Assembly (NCBI RefSeq): GCF_009914755.1
Contig: NC_060933.1
Direction: 5' to 3' (one strand)
Source: the human T2T-CHM13v2.0 reference genome, Homo sapiens
Length of the DNA stretch: 64,000 nt
The position numbers were made by a program, and so were the translations under genes. Positions 39,229 to 51,158 of the stretch are shown piece by piece. Each line of letters starts with the position of its first letter. Position 1 is the stretch's first letter. The notes under the pieces were generated by a model that was given only the letters and a program-made list of their open reading frames with translations, ran no database searches and was not told the DNA's origin.

Positions 39229-41789
39229 CAGAGCTGGTTCCACGTCATCATGCCATGGGCTCCATATAGTCACAATCACACGCTAGATAGGTATCCCCAG
39301 TGGTTCTTTTTTCTCACCTCACCCCCTGCCTAACCTTTACTCCACTAACAATGTCTTTATTTTCCTCCCTCTGCCTGATTCCTTTCCTAGGTTAATTTTA
39401 TACAAATCTTTTATTAACTTGATTAATAATCTAAATGTGCTTTCAATTCAGTGAATAAGCCATTTGGAATGAGCTTGGCTTCCCAGTTATTATGATCCAC
39501 TGAAACTATAAGGCAAGTACAACCAAAGGATGTTGAGATAAATGATATATCTTTGAACTTGAATTGTTAGGCTCTACCAGTGAGGAGTCAGCTGAAGGCA
39601 ACTTTTCTCCACTGGTAACAGTACGTGGCCAGAAAGGGGAAAAGTCTGGCAACAGAGGCCTGAATGAATGTCAAACCCAGGGATTTTTTAAAAATCATGA
39701 ACTTTACTATATCTGAAATTGCAGTGATGGGGAAAATTAAACTTGTTTTAATATAGAATTTTATTACATCTAACAGATACATAATTTACTATATCACACT
39801 TCCTTTAATCTGTAAATATAAGTACCCAAAATAGACAATAAGAAATCAAGGGTAAACATTAAGACATTAAAGCTGCACTACAGGGCCCCTTGTCATTCAC
39901 AGCAATGCTAGTCCTAGGATGATCTTCTGTTCCCAAATTAGGTGCGATAAGGCATTTGGAAAACAAATTGTCTGAAGTTTGGGAAGACGATAACTCTCCT
40001 CAGTATTACCATCAACAGCCTTTTACCGTGGGGGCATAGACACCGTCCCTAGAGTTTTAAGTCCTCCAGTGAATGCTTGTAACTTGTTCCCCTAGGCTCC
40101 TGGGACCAAGTTCATTCCATCAAGGGGTGGTGCCAACTGGGAAGTCTGGAGCTTAGAAGATTAGATTCTTTACTTCTTAGGGTCTTAGTTTTGTCAAAGT
40201 ACCTCTTACCCAGGGAGCTATCCAAGGTGCTGTCTGAAACTCCTTGTCATCTGGTAAAACTGAATCTTTTTTCCCAGTGTCAACATATATTCCTGCCTAG
40301 CTTAGTCTCGCCCTCCTGACTTTGTCTAATCCTGACGCCATCTGTGTTTCCCAGTTTGGATTTGACCAGACTACTGCTTGTTTCCAAATCCTGAGATGTG
40401 TTCTGAGGCATTCATAACTTGCCCTCAACTAACCCTCTGCCTGCCTCTTGTCTTGACTCTGCCTAGTCTGACTTAACTATTGCCCTCTCCTAAGATTGAT
40501 TACCCTGCCCCCCATCTGGTTTTTGTGTATCTATGGTACATGTAAGCAAAATGATAGAGATCAGAAGTTAATCAACATGAGAAATTACACCTCAAGAAAT
40601 TTGCAACTTTTTATTTTTTATTAATATAAATTACCTATGTTATATATACTTTTGAAAAAATAAGCTTTCTAATGAGAAAGCACCTAGTTATACAGAGACT
40701 ATAAGGAAAAATAGTTTTTTTAGTTTATTATCTTTCAACATGTTTGTTAAAGTTAATTAAATATTCAGCTACTGTTGGCAAGATTAATATTATTATTGGA
40801 GTATATATTTGCATAAAGACTTTAGTCCCATTCACAATTTTTAGTTGAAATAAAGAAAAGAAAATTGTTTTGACTATAGTGGTGGACAACAATTCTGGCA
40901 ATTGGTGCTAAAATTTATTTGTTAAGATACACTTTTTAAAAATTTGAAATACTTTAAACTTGCATACAGTGTCAAAACTTGCCTTGAAGTTAATATATTT
41001 TACTGTAATGATAATTTATATTTTATAAAAATACTGTTATATGCTTTCATAAAAATTATCCTCCCATCCGATTTCCACTACAATGTGTATGTTGTCTTTA
41101 TAAAGAAAAGCGAATCCATATTAATTTAGAGGACTGTGGATATACATCAGGTGTTGTGCAGTTAATTGTGAAACAAGTGCTCTTTGTTTTCTCAGCTTTT
41201 TCTACACTGTCTTGAGGAGAAACAAAAGCCTTCAAGCACACCACCCTCTGTGTTCTAGCTATGAAGAGGTTGCTTGCCTTGAGCATTGGCAGTAGTGTTT
41301 GTATTGGCATTTAAGGCAGAGCTAATGACTATTTGGAATCATCCACATTCCTTTTCCCAGCCCCTTCTGTGATCAATGACCCACATCTCTAAGACAGCTC
41401 TCAAGATTGGGGATGCAGATCATTGTTATTAACAATTTTTTATGTCTGCAGAAAGCAAATAAACCCTCCAGGGATTGAGTTTTTGACCTTGGCTTCTGGC
41501 CAACTCCTATCATAGAGTAGAAAATATTATTAACCAGGCACTACATTCTTACTGGGCCCCAGCTGAGCCTTGATTCAATTTAGACTTTAATATAAATAGA
41601 ACTGAAATGATCAGCTAATCCATTTTAACAGTGAGACCCATTCTAACAAAACCTTACAAGAAAACCTGGTATATGATATAGATAAGAGGAGAGCTAGTCC
41701 CTCAGAATGCAAGTCTGGGACTCTCAATCCCCATTACCCTCTCGCTGCTACAGAGTTCTGTCTGAGAACTAGTGACTGTCCACTAACTT

Positions 41790-41890
41790 TTTTTTCCAGA
41801 TGGGGAAACTGAGGCTTGGAGTGGTTAACTCACTATTCAAGGCCACACAGTAGGGACAAAGTTGAGTCCAGATATTTGTCTCCTGACCAC
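41790..41890 (-). mobile_element. MIR fragment
   Basis: cagatggggaaactgaggcttggagtggttaa...caaggccacacag. Confidence 0.8.
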
Positions 41891-41969
41891 CTTCTACTGT
41901 CCTGTTCACAACCTCTGCCTCTTTCTTTCCCTTTCCCTGTTCCCTTGAGGTTGAAACCAGCACATCATG

Positions 41970-42567
41970 CACTCAGTCAGACTTTTGTATTGAGAGCTCT
42001 TTTGGACCCCAAGTGAAAAATACTCTAATTCAAATTGGCTTAAGCTAAAGAAGGACTTTATCAACTAATATAAATTAAAAGTTCAGGGATATCTGGCTTC
42101 AAGGGCATGTAGGGGCTTAAAAGTTCCATTCAATTTAATCTCCATCTCTTTGTATGTCTTAGCTCTGTGTTGTTGTGCTGGCTTCATTTTCATGGACCTT
42201 CTTCATGGACTCCAGCAGATGGAAGCATCCAACATTCTTATAGCTGATAGTTCTCATGGAAAGAAAACTTCTTTTTCCCAATTGCGCTAACAAAATTCTT
42301 ATAATTGAGTCTCATTTACCTGAGCTGGCTCATGCATGTATCCCTGGACCAATCACTGTGGCAAAGGGTTTGGATGATCTGATTGGTCAAGCCTGGGTCA
42401 TGTAACCATTCCTGGAAAGGGAGTTAAGGGTCAGAGTCAGCCCCATTCAAATCATTTGGACTGAAAATAAGGAAGGGCAGATTTTCCAAAGAAAAACCAG
42501 GATACTGTTAACCAGAAATGTCAGGGAATGGATACTAAGAAGGCACAGACAACATGCATCTACTGCA
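41970..42567 (-). mobile_element. MLT1J/K-like MaLR LTR
   Basis: caaattggcttaagc...ggaccaatcactgtggc...gattggtcaagcctgggtcatg...gggaatggatact. Confidence 0.8.
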
Positions 42568-43325
42568 ACATCCTCAACCCTTAGTTGGTTTCTGAGTTTG
42601 ATACTTAGAAACAAAGGCAAGAGAACCCATTGCAGAGCTGCCTGCACTCTTGCTACTTCTGTAGGTCCCCAAACTGCTCTCTATTACGAACTTTTAAATT
42701 TTATTATTTCTCAATTAGGGAGTATTTAGGAATTTCTTGATTTTTTTAAAAGGCATAGAATTTAAACATATCTAAATTTTTGGAGGCAATGGGTAGAAAC
42801 ATCTAGAAGTCTTGACACACTTTAGAGTGTTCAGTTGGGAAAGTAAAATAAGATCAGACAACTTTTACAGAAGTCTCTAAGCAGGATATGATGTTGACAA
42901 CCCCAATCTCTCTGCCTTCCTTGGTTCCATTCCATTTACCCCTGGGCTCCTACAGTTAAACCAAGAAAGGCTTATAGCTGGGTCATCTCAGGTATGCACT
43001 ATTAGACATGTTCTGGGAAGAAAACCCTGCCTTTTAGGTCTCCTAGGTGAAGAAAGGTAAGAACAATGGGGGAAAAACAAGATTGCTTCAGAAAATCACC
43101 ATTTTAATCCTGTAGTTTCGTAGAAGGATTCTAACTTTGGCTTCAACTAGAGGTATTTTAGGAGGCTGGCTGCTAGAAGCATGGGCATAGAGGTCCAGGT
43201 ACTTTTCTCGATTCTGCATTGTCTGATTGACTTTGATCAAGTTTCTCCTCCTCTCTGGGCCTTAGCTTCCAAGTCCTGAAAAGGAAAGGTTGAAAATATA
43301 ATAATAACAAACTTTCACGTAAATG

Positions 43326-43632
43326 AGTGTTTTCCAAAGTGTAGTAGGCATACAATGGTGGTTCATGAGATTATTTCAGGGGGCATGTGGCCATAGTTTT
43401 CTATTTTAATAATTATGTATTGATTTTTAAACATACTAGATTCACCAGTACAACTACTCCCAAGTTCATGGATAATATGCTAATTTTCCTGAAACCAACT
43501 AAAATAAATGCTACATTTTTCAAAGATGAGTACAGTTAAAGAAAAATATTAAGTAATATTAGTACCATTGGTGCACAGATATGGCAAAACCCCAAAAGTG
43601 GTACATGAATGATAGAATTTGAGGAGACTGCT
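43326..43632. mobile_element. hAT-Charlie element (MER113-like)
   Basis: agtgttttccaaagtgtagta...atggcaaaa...gtggtacatgaatg...gagactg. Confidence 0.55.
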
Positions 43633-43699
43633 ATTTACGACTTAAATATAAAATATTTTGATAGTATAGTATTACAATGATTTGACAGACGTAAAATCT

Positions 43700-43950
43700 G
43701 AGACCATGCTTTACTGAGAATGTACACTACACCAGGAATTGTGCTGGGCACTTTCCATGCATGATGTTATTAAATTTACACAAACGTCTCTGTGAGGTTC
43801 ATATTATTATCTCCATTTTACGCCTGAGAAACTAAGGCTTGGAGGAGGTTGATTACATTTCCTGAAATCATGCACTGATTGGCTGAGTTGTTATTCTAAG
43901 TAAGAGCTACCTGATTCTAAAATCCAGGCTCTTTCTGTCAGCTACACTAT
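43700..43950 (-). mobile_element. MIR
   Basis: ttactgagaatgtacactacaccagg...tgtgctgggcacttt...ccattttacgcctgagaaactaaggct. Confidence 0.85.
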
Positions 43951-44904
43951 TACCCCAGGACTCATGGTTAACAGAGAGAGTAAACCAGGACAGCATCTTC
44001 TGACTCCAAATCCTGGGCACTTGTTCTCTAGAATTCACAATGCTTCAAATTCCAGAGGGGCTTTCTGATGCTCTTCACAGTCTAGACAGGGCTGAACATG
44101 TGCATTCAGAATATGAAGCTTCATACGTCATCCATTTCTGCAAATAATCCCTTGCCCTTTATCATATCAATGAGTTGTAGCTCTAATTTTATGCATATTT
44201 GAATTTTTTGCATCTTAAAAATTGCTTTTGTGCTCTACAAGTTTTGGGGAGCTGTTCAGTGTGCACTCTAGTAGGGACTGGCTGAGAGCTGGCAGGAAAA
44301 TCTAGGGAATTATAAATAGGCTCTTCCTCAGAATGTATACAAGATACAAGGGGAGGGGAGTGGGGACTCTGGGTGGAGAGGGGAAGAGAAAAGAGTGAAG
44401 AAATGTTGTGGTGAGGAGAGAAGCTGGATGGAAAAGTTGGGAATACACCAAATACAAACTCCATATGGTTTAGTAATTTTATTTCAGGCTAGCTTTAGGT
44501 CCAAATAAATCTTAGGAACTATTGGTACAATGACTCAATTGTACATTTCTCATAGGACTGCAGTGATTACTTAAATAGATTAGTATTTAGTGATTAGCAC
44601 ATGACTTGACCCATAATAAGTCCTCCTGCAAATGGTAGCTGTTATAGTTGTGGAGATAATCATGTATGTTGTTGAAAATGATCCTTTTTAACCTAAATAT
44701 GTCTTATACTCATGTAAATAGAAGGTGTTTTCAAAACTCATTAAGTTCTGCATTGAAATGATTATGAATCAAAAAACGAATGAACTAGGGGAACATGACA
44801 ACATGGATGACAGATATCCAGTTAATTTTCTTAATACATAAAGAATTTTTGTAAATCAGTACTAAAAGCCCAACAACCCAATTAAAAAAATAGGCCAAGG
44901 ATGT

Positions 44905-44930
44905 CACACACACACACACACACACACACA
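44905..44930 (+). repeat. (CA)13 microsatellite
   Basis: Read directly. Confidence 0.93.
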
Positions 44931-44969
44931 TAAAAATATCAGTGGCTTTTAAACATACAAAAAGATGTC

Positions 44970-45281
44970 ATCTGGGCATGGTGGCTCACACCTGTAATCC
45001 CAACACTTTGAGAGGCTGAGGCAGAAGGATCACCTGAGGCCAGGAGTTCAAGACCAGCCTTGGCAACACAGTGAGACAAAAAGTTTAAAATTTCTCTACA
45101 AAAAGTTTAAAAATTGGCCTGGTGTGGTGGCTCATGCCTGCAGCTACAGCTACTTGGAAGGCTAAGGTGGGAGGATTGCTTGAACCCAGGAGTTCAGGGC
45201 TGCAGTGGGTCATGATCACACCACTGCAATCCAGCCTGGGTGACAGAGCAAGACTCTGTCTCAAAAAAAAAAAAAAAAAAA
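44970..45281 (+). mobile_element. AluJ
   Basis: J-type right arm ggaggattgcttgaacccaggagttcagggctgcagtg; poly-A. Confidence 0.93.
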
Positions 45282-46258
45282 GTTCAATTTAACTCATAGT
45301 GAGAGAAACCCAAATTACAATGGCACTGGGATACCATTTTTTATCTATCAAATTGTTTAAATATCAAAAAGTTTAGTAACATACACTGTATTTATGATGA
45401 TGGGGAAAGTGCTCTAATACATTGTTTCTACCAACATAAATTGGCACAACTTCAGGAATGAAAGTGTGGGAACATTTAGCCAAAGTATAAATGGCACATT
45501 TCCTTTAACTCAGCAGTTCCCTTTCGAGGGTCTTCTTCCATGGTTATACTCAGAAATCCGTACTTAGTCCTAAATACAAGAAGATTTATCACCACATTGC
45601 TTTTAATAGCTTAAGATTGGAAAATTATGCATCACAAGGGCACCAATTAATTAAATTATGGTACATTTATACAATGGAAAGCTATGCTATGTGGCAGTTA
45701 AAGATATGAGGAAGCTTTAGATAGAGAAACAGATAGATAATATAACCATCTCCAAGATATATTCAGTGAAGAACAGCATGGCACAGAATCGCATATAGTA
45801 TGTTAACTGTTTGTAGAAAAATTAAAAGGCTATATCTAAAGATATGTTTGTGTGTGTTTATACATGAATAAAGTATCTCTGGAAGGGTGTCCCAGAAACT
45901 GAGGGTAAGAGGAAGGCTTGGCTTCAGTTTCTTATATCTTTGAATTATGTATCATTCTGTATTACTTACTAAAAATAAACCCCACAGAGTCCACATGGAG
46001 AGTTGGCCCTGGAACACTGAGAGACATCATTTGTGTGGTTTTTGCCACCCTCTTTTCTTGCTCGGCTCAGCCCACTGCTATGCTGGAGTAGGTCACAGGC
46101 CAAGAGCTGGACATGTGCAAAGCCTTCAGGAAGACCTAATCTCAGAGTCAGGGAGAGAAGGCAGGAGCCACAGTGTAGCCCATTTAATCCAAGAGGGTCC
46201 ACCATGACTTTCGAATCTAAAATACTCTTTTCACAGATAAAGAACTGGCCTGGAACCT

Positions 46259-46386
46259 GAGGTTGCAGGATGCCCTGTTACATTTGAATTTCAAATAAAA
46301 ATCAAATAATTTTTTTAGTATAAGTATGTCCCCAGTGATATTTGGAACATATTTACGAATTTTTAATTGCTTAATTTGGCAATCCG
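46259..46386. mobile_element. MER53 (hAT) inserted in a MIR
   Basis: ggttgcaggatgccctgttacatttgaatttca...ttttagtataagtatgtccc...tggcaatcc. Confidence 0.8.
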
Positions 46387-46994
46387 AATCGGATCCGGAA
46401 TCTGGCTGCTTGTTAGGCAGCAGATACTCTCTGAGCCAGACCTTCCTGATTTAGGAAATGAAGGATGATAACTGTCCAATTGTATCATGGGGTTGCTATG
46501 AGGCTTAATTATGCCCCAGTGCTTTGTGAATAGTTAAGTGCTCTAAATTGGTCAGGAATGAACACAGTTGCTATCAGTGTTATTGTCATCAAAACCCTAG
46601 TCTCCATGGCAACCAACTTATTGAAACCTACTGCCTTGTTTTCTCCCAACTTTACTGTGATTTATTTCTCATAAGCCTTAGGCACATAGTCATACATTTA
46701 TCTTTCTTACTTAAGGAAGATTTCCAAATAACGGGGACTTCATTTTCAGTGTTTATTGTTCTTGGACTTAAATTTATTGCCTTAATTTTAAAATATCTTT
46801 ACCTTAGGTAAATGACTGGCAGGGTAGACTGCTTAATTCATTTGGCATGTATTTATTTAACACCTATTATGTTACTTGGCATTAAAGGTAAAGCGCTGAG
46901 TAAAATAGACAAAAACCTGCCATCAATGAATATATGGTCTGGCTGGAGTCCAGCTGTGTTAGAATAGAAGGAGGAGAGTAAGCAGATAAGAAGA

Positions 46995-47110
46995 GTGCTT
47001 ATCAAATCTGGCTTGACTATTAGAATCACCTGGGGAGGTGTGTAGGCTTTACTGCAGACCAAGGCCTCCCTCAGTGATTCCATGTGCAGCCAAGGTTGAG
47101 AACAGCTGGA
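46995..47110. mobile_element. MER5-family fragment
   Basis: tagaatcacctgggga...gtgattccatgtgcagccaaggttgagaac. Confidence 0.7.
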
Positions 47111-47814
47111 TTAGAAGGACCAGAGAGCATGTTGGCTCTTGAACTCAATAAAGACTATTTTGCAAGTGATGACTTCTCAGCCAATGCGAATGTGGTTACT
47201 TACATAGACATGTAGAGAGTGAATACACAAGCCAGATCTGTAAACTGGGAAAAACAGACGGAAGGAGCAGGAGTCAGTTTTAGAGCAGGCAGGACATGGT
47301 ATTAGACTGCAGTATTTGAGAAGACCCAAGACTGCCTAAGTAGGGGTTTCCAAACCATCCCTGAGTTCAGACATCAAGCTTCAGAGGCTCATGGAAGGAA
47401 GGTTAACTGGGAGGAAACAGACTTAATAGGCAAAATTGCCCTGGACAACAAATGGCTATATAAGACTATTCGGCCTACCTGGTGATCACAGCCATTCTTC
47501 TTTGCTCTGCTAATAGATGGATTTCTGTATTCAATTATGTTTGGAGAAAAAAATGTTTTATATTCATGAATCTAGATTAGATTGCTCATTTTACAGATAT
47601 CATGAGGTTTACCTTCATTTAAACTCTTATTTCTAATCTTACGCTCCCACCATCGTAAGTCATATCTTCTCTATAATGCAATGAAATGAAATGTGTTTAC
47701 CTCCACTGCTACGTTTTCTTTTTCAATGGAATATTCTTGTTCCTACTTGCTTTTATCCTTTATAATAGATGTAAAATGCAGAACTTGAAATGTGAAAGTC
47801 CAAATCAAAGCAAA

Positions 47815-47890
47815 TATGTATGTGTACCCATACATACATACACACATATGTATATATGTGTGTGTGTATATATATTTATTTATGTATCTG
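47815..47890 (+). repeat. Mixed (TA)/(CA)/(TG) low-complexity repeat
   Basis: Read directly. Confidence 0.8.
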
Positions 47891-48201
47891 TACTATAGTG
47901 AAATTTTCATAGGAACTCCTATTTTCTTCTTGCTTAAATGAAGCTGAAAGGTATATAACTCTTTTGTTTGACAGAATTGCCTTGCACAATACATGAGAAA
48001 AAATATTCAGCCATGCTGATGGCAGTGTTCTTAGCAAAACTGGTAAGATAGCATCTCTTGTCTTGTGAATGGACACATATTTTATGGAAGGAGAATACCT
48101 TTTTCATACCAGGTACACCTGGGGAACTTGCAGGGTGAATTCAGTTACTCATTATCTTCTGATGTCATCATCATCCACATGTATTTTAAATACAGGGACA
48201 G

Positions 48202-48556
<355 letters not shown>

Positions 48557-49479
48557 TGACAAATGATGTAGTGGAAAATGTGTTCTGAGAACTGATCTTT
48601 GGTAGAACAAACACTCTCTATCGGGTAATGCAGCCTTTTCTTATATTTTCATCCTTTGTTAAATACCATATAAAGTGAAGCTCCCTTTCCAAATATTATG
48701 TGACCTTTCATTGTGGGTTCATCACTTGGTTTTCTGTTGCTGGTTGCTAAGGTAAACTTCTCTTCTAAAACTGCCACTTGGGCCAGCAGGGCTTAAAGCT
48801 ACACCCTATGACAGACCCTATGACAAAGGGTGGAACAAACATCTGTGGTTGTGGTTTCAAATGTTGGCAGATTGTTTACACTGGAGATTGCCTCCTGGCA
48901 TTTGTTTTGTTTTTGCCAGGCTTAATGCTTTGTAATCTTTTAAGACTACTTTTGCAGTGTTAGCTATGATATGAGGATAATTTCCCTGTTGTCAGGGAGA
49001 ACCAAAATGGCATTCAAGACGGCTAAGCAATGCTGACCTCACCATTTCTCCATGTATTGCTGATCTCTGCACTTTGGGACTCCTTGAAATTTGAGGCTGA
49101 TAAAACTATAGCTCTCTTTAATCTAGAAATGTCACACACTGAAACATTTTCTAAATGCTTCCCACAAACTCTGCATTCCAGAAAGGCAGAGAATTGTGCA
49201 TTTCAACAATCTTTTGTGTATCCTGACATAGTGAGAATTTGTATTTCAGAAAATATAACAGTAGAGGTATATGTGAAAATAATAACTGTGGTGTGAGTTG
49301 CCAGCAAAGTTACAGTTCTCATTAAATATTATATTTCCTTGAATAACAGCAAATTGAGTAATTTGCAAGAAATTGAAACCTAATAGGAGATTTCCATAAT
49401 AAAAAAGAGTTTTAATGTAGCTTTATATATAAACATGATAAAACAAGACTACCATCAGGAAGAAGTTTACCCATTTATT

Positions 49480-50520
49480 TAAAAATATAGAAAGCACATA
49501 CTAGGAGACAGGCAGATATAGTGGGTACCCCTATATGCTTAAAATCCTAATGAGGAATGTGGACAAGTAGTCAGACAAATAAAAATTAAAGTTATAATGC
49601 TGATATTAAAAGAAGACTTAAAAAAGACATCTAACCATGTTTGGAGGTAGAGATTAGCAAAGGCTGCCTGAAAAAAGCAGTATCTAAACAGGTCCACCAT
49701 GTACAGTTGTATAGGTTGCACACTGCACAATTTTACATGGTAGATATGTTAGGCTAAGACCATAATGAAGTATAGAGTGAGCTAAGAAGGAAGTGAGCAG
49801 TAGTGGCATGGAATGTAGGAGGGAAGGGATATGAAAGAGAGTATCCCAGATAAAGGAAACAGCATGTGGGAAGGCCTGAAGCAATAAAGAGCCTGGCACC
49901 TTAGCTTAAAGGAACTAAAAGAAATTCTGTAGCTGCCATGTAGGCTGCAGAAAAGGGTGTGGTTAAATATGCGAGCCAGAACACCAAGGCCATGTAAATT
50001 GAGGACAATGGGGACCCCCTTCAGGTGTTTTAGGCTGGGAAATGATGTGAGCAGATTGGCATAACAGAAATAACACTCTGGCTGTAGTGTGGAGATTAGA
50101 TTAGACTGGGGCAAGACTGAAGCAGATAGACGTATCAGAAGGGCATTGGAATAATCCAGACAAAAGATAGTTTTTGTAAGCTGGATCAGTGGAAGGAACT
50201 TGAAGGAATGGTTGACTTTGAGAGAAATTTTCAAAATTCAGTTATTGAGATTGATAGAATTTTGGAGGGAGATGGAGGAATCAATGAAGACACTAAGATT
50301 TCTTGATTGATCACTAGATAGCTGGGGGTTCCATTCTCTCAGATTTGGGAGAGTAGGATTTGGGAGAAAGAGAATGAGTTTAAGTGCCTATGGCATGTCC
50401 ATGTGGAGATGCCCAACAGAAAGATGCATGAGTCTGGAAGTGATAGGGGATCAGGCCAGAGTGAGAGACTTGGGAATTACCTCTGTATAAACGAAGCTGG
50501 AAGGCATGGGAGAAGTCAGT
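49480..50520 (-). mobile_element. L2, with a short MER91-like insert at ~49689-49755
   Basis: aaaggaaacagcatgtgggaaggcctga...cactctggctgtagtgtggaga...atgtggagatgccca. Confidence 0.8.
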
Positions 50521-50719
50521 TAAGTAATTTGGATGCCTATAGCAGAAAAAAACTAAATAATGGTTTAAATTGGGATTTGTTGTTTTTCTTTCCTAGTGAA
50601 AAGTGCAGACATAGGAAGTCCAGACTGGTTAGAAGACTCAACAATATGATCAGGAACCCAGCTCCTGCTATTTTTACATCCCACTCACAGTGATAATGTC
50701 CATTTTCAGGGTTGCCTGC

Positions 50720-51158
50720 TAGGATGAACAACACTGTCAGTTTCCCCAGAAAACATGTCCTGTTCCCAGGACATAGGACTTTAAATTTAATTTAATTTAA
50801 GTTTTTTTTTTCTTTTTTTTGAGACACAATCTTGCTCTCTTGCCTGGGCTGGACTGCACTGGTGCAATCACAGCTTTCTGCAGCCTCGACCTCCCCAGGC
50901 TCAGGTGATTCTCCCACCTCAGTCTGCTGAGTAGCTGGGACCACAGGTGCCATGCCTGGCTAATTTTTCTGTGTACTGTAGAGATGGGGTTTTGCCATGT
51001 TCCTCAGGCTGGTCTTGAACTCTTGGGCCCAAACGATTCTCCCACCTCAGCCTCCCAAAGTGCTGGGATTACAGCTGTGAGCCACTGCACCAGTCTGGGA
51101 CTTTAAATTTTAAAACTAAGAAAGGCCCAGGCTAACTAAGATGAATTCTTCACCCTAG
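50720..51158. mobile_element. hAT-Blackjack MITE (MER81/MER94-like) split by an AluJ
   Basis: TIR-like ends taggatgaacaac / ttcttcacccta. Confidence 0.55.
50789..51096 (-). mobile_element. AluJ
   Basis: cacagctttctgcagcctcgacctcc; TSD ggactttaaattt at 50776-50788 and 51098-51110. Confidence 0.94.

Larger units (their letters stand above)
44760..45980 (+). mobile_element. Old L1M 3' region interrupted by (CA)n and an AluJ
   Basis: caacccaattaaaaaaataggccaagga...aaattacaatggcactgggataccattt...aaattatggtacatttatacaatggaa. Confidence 0.8.
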
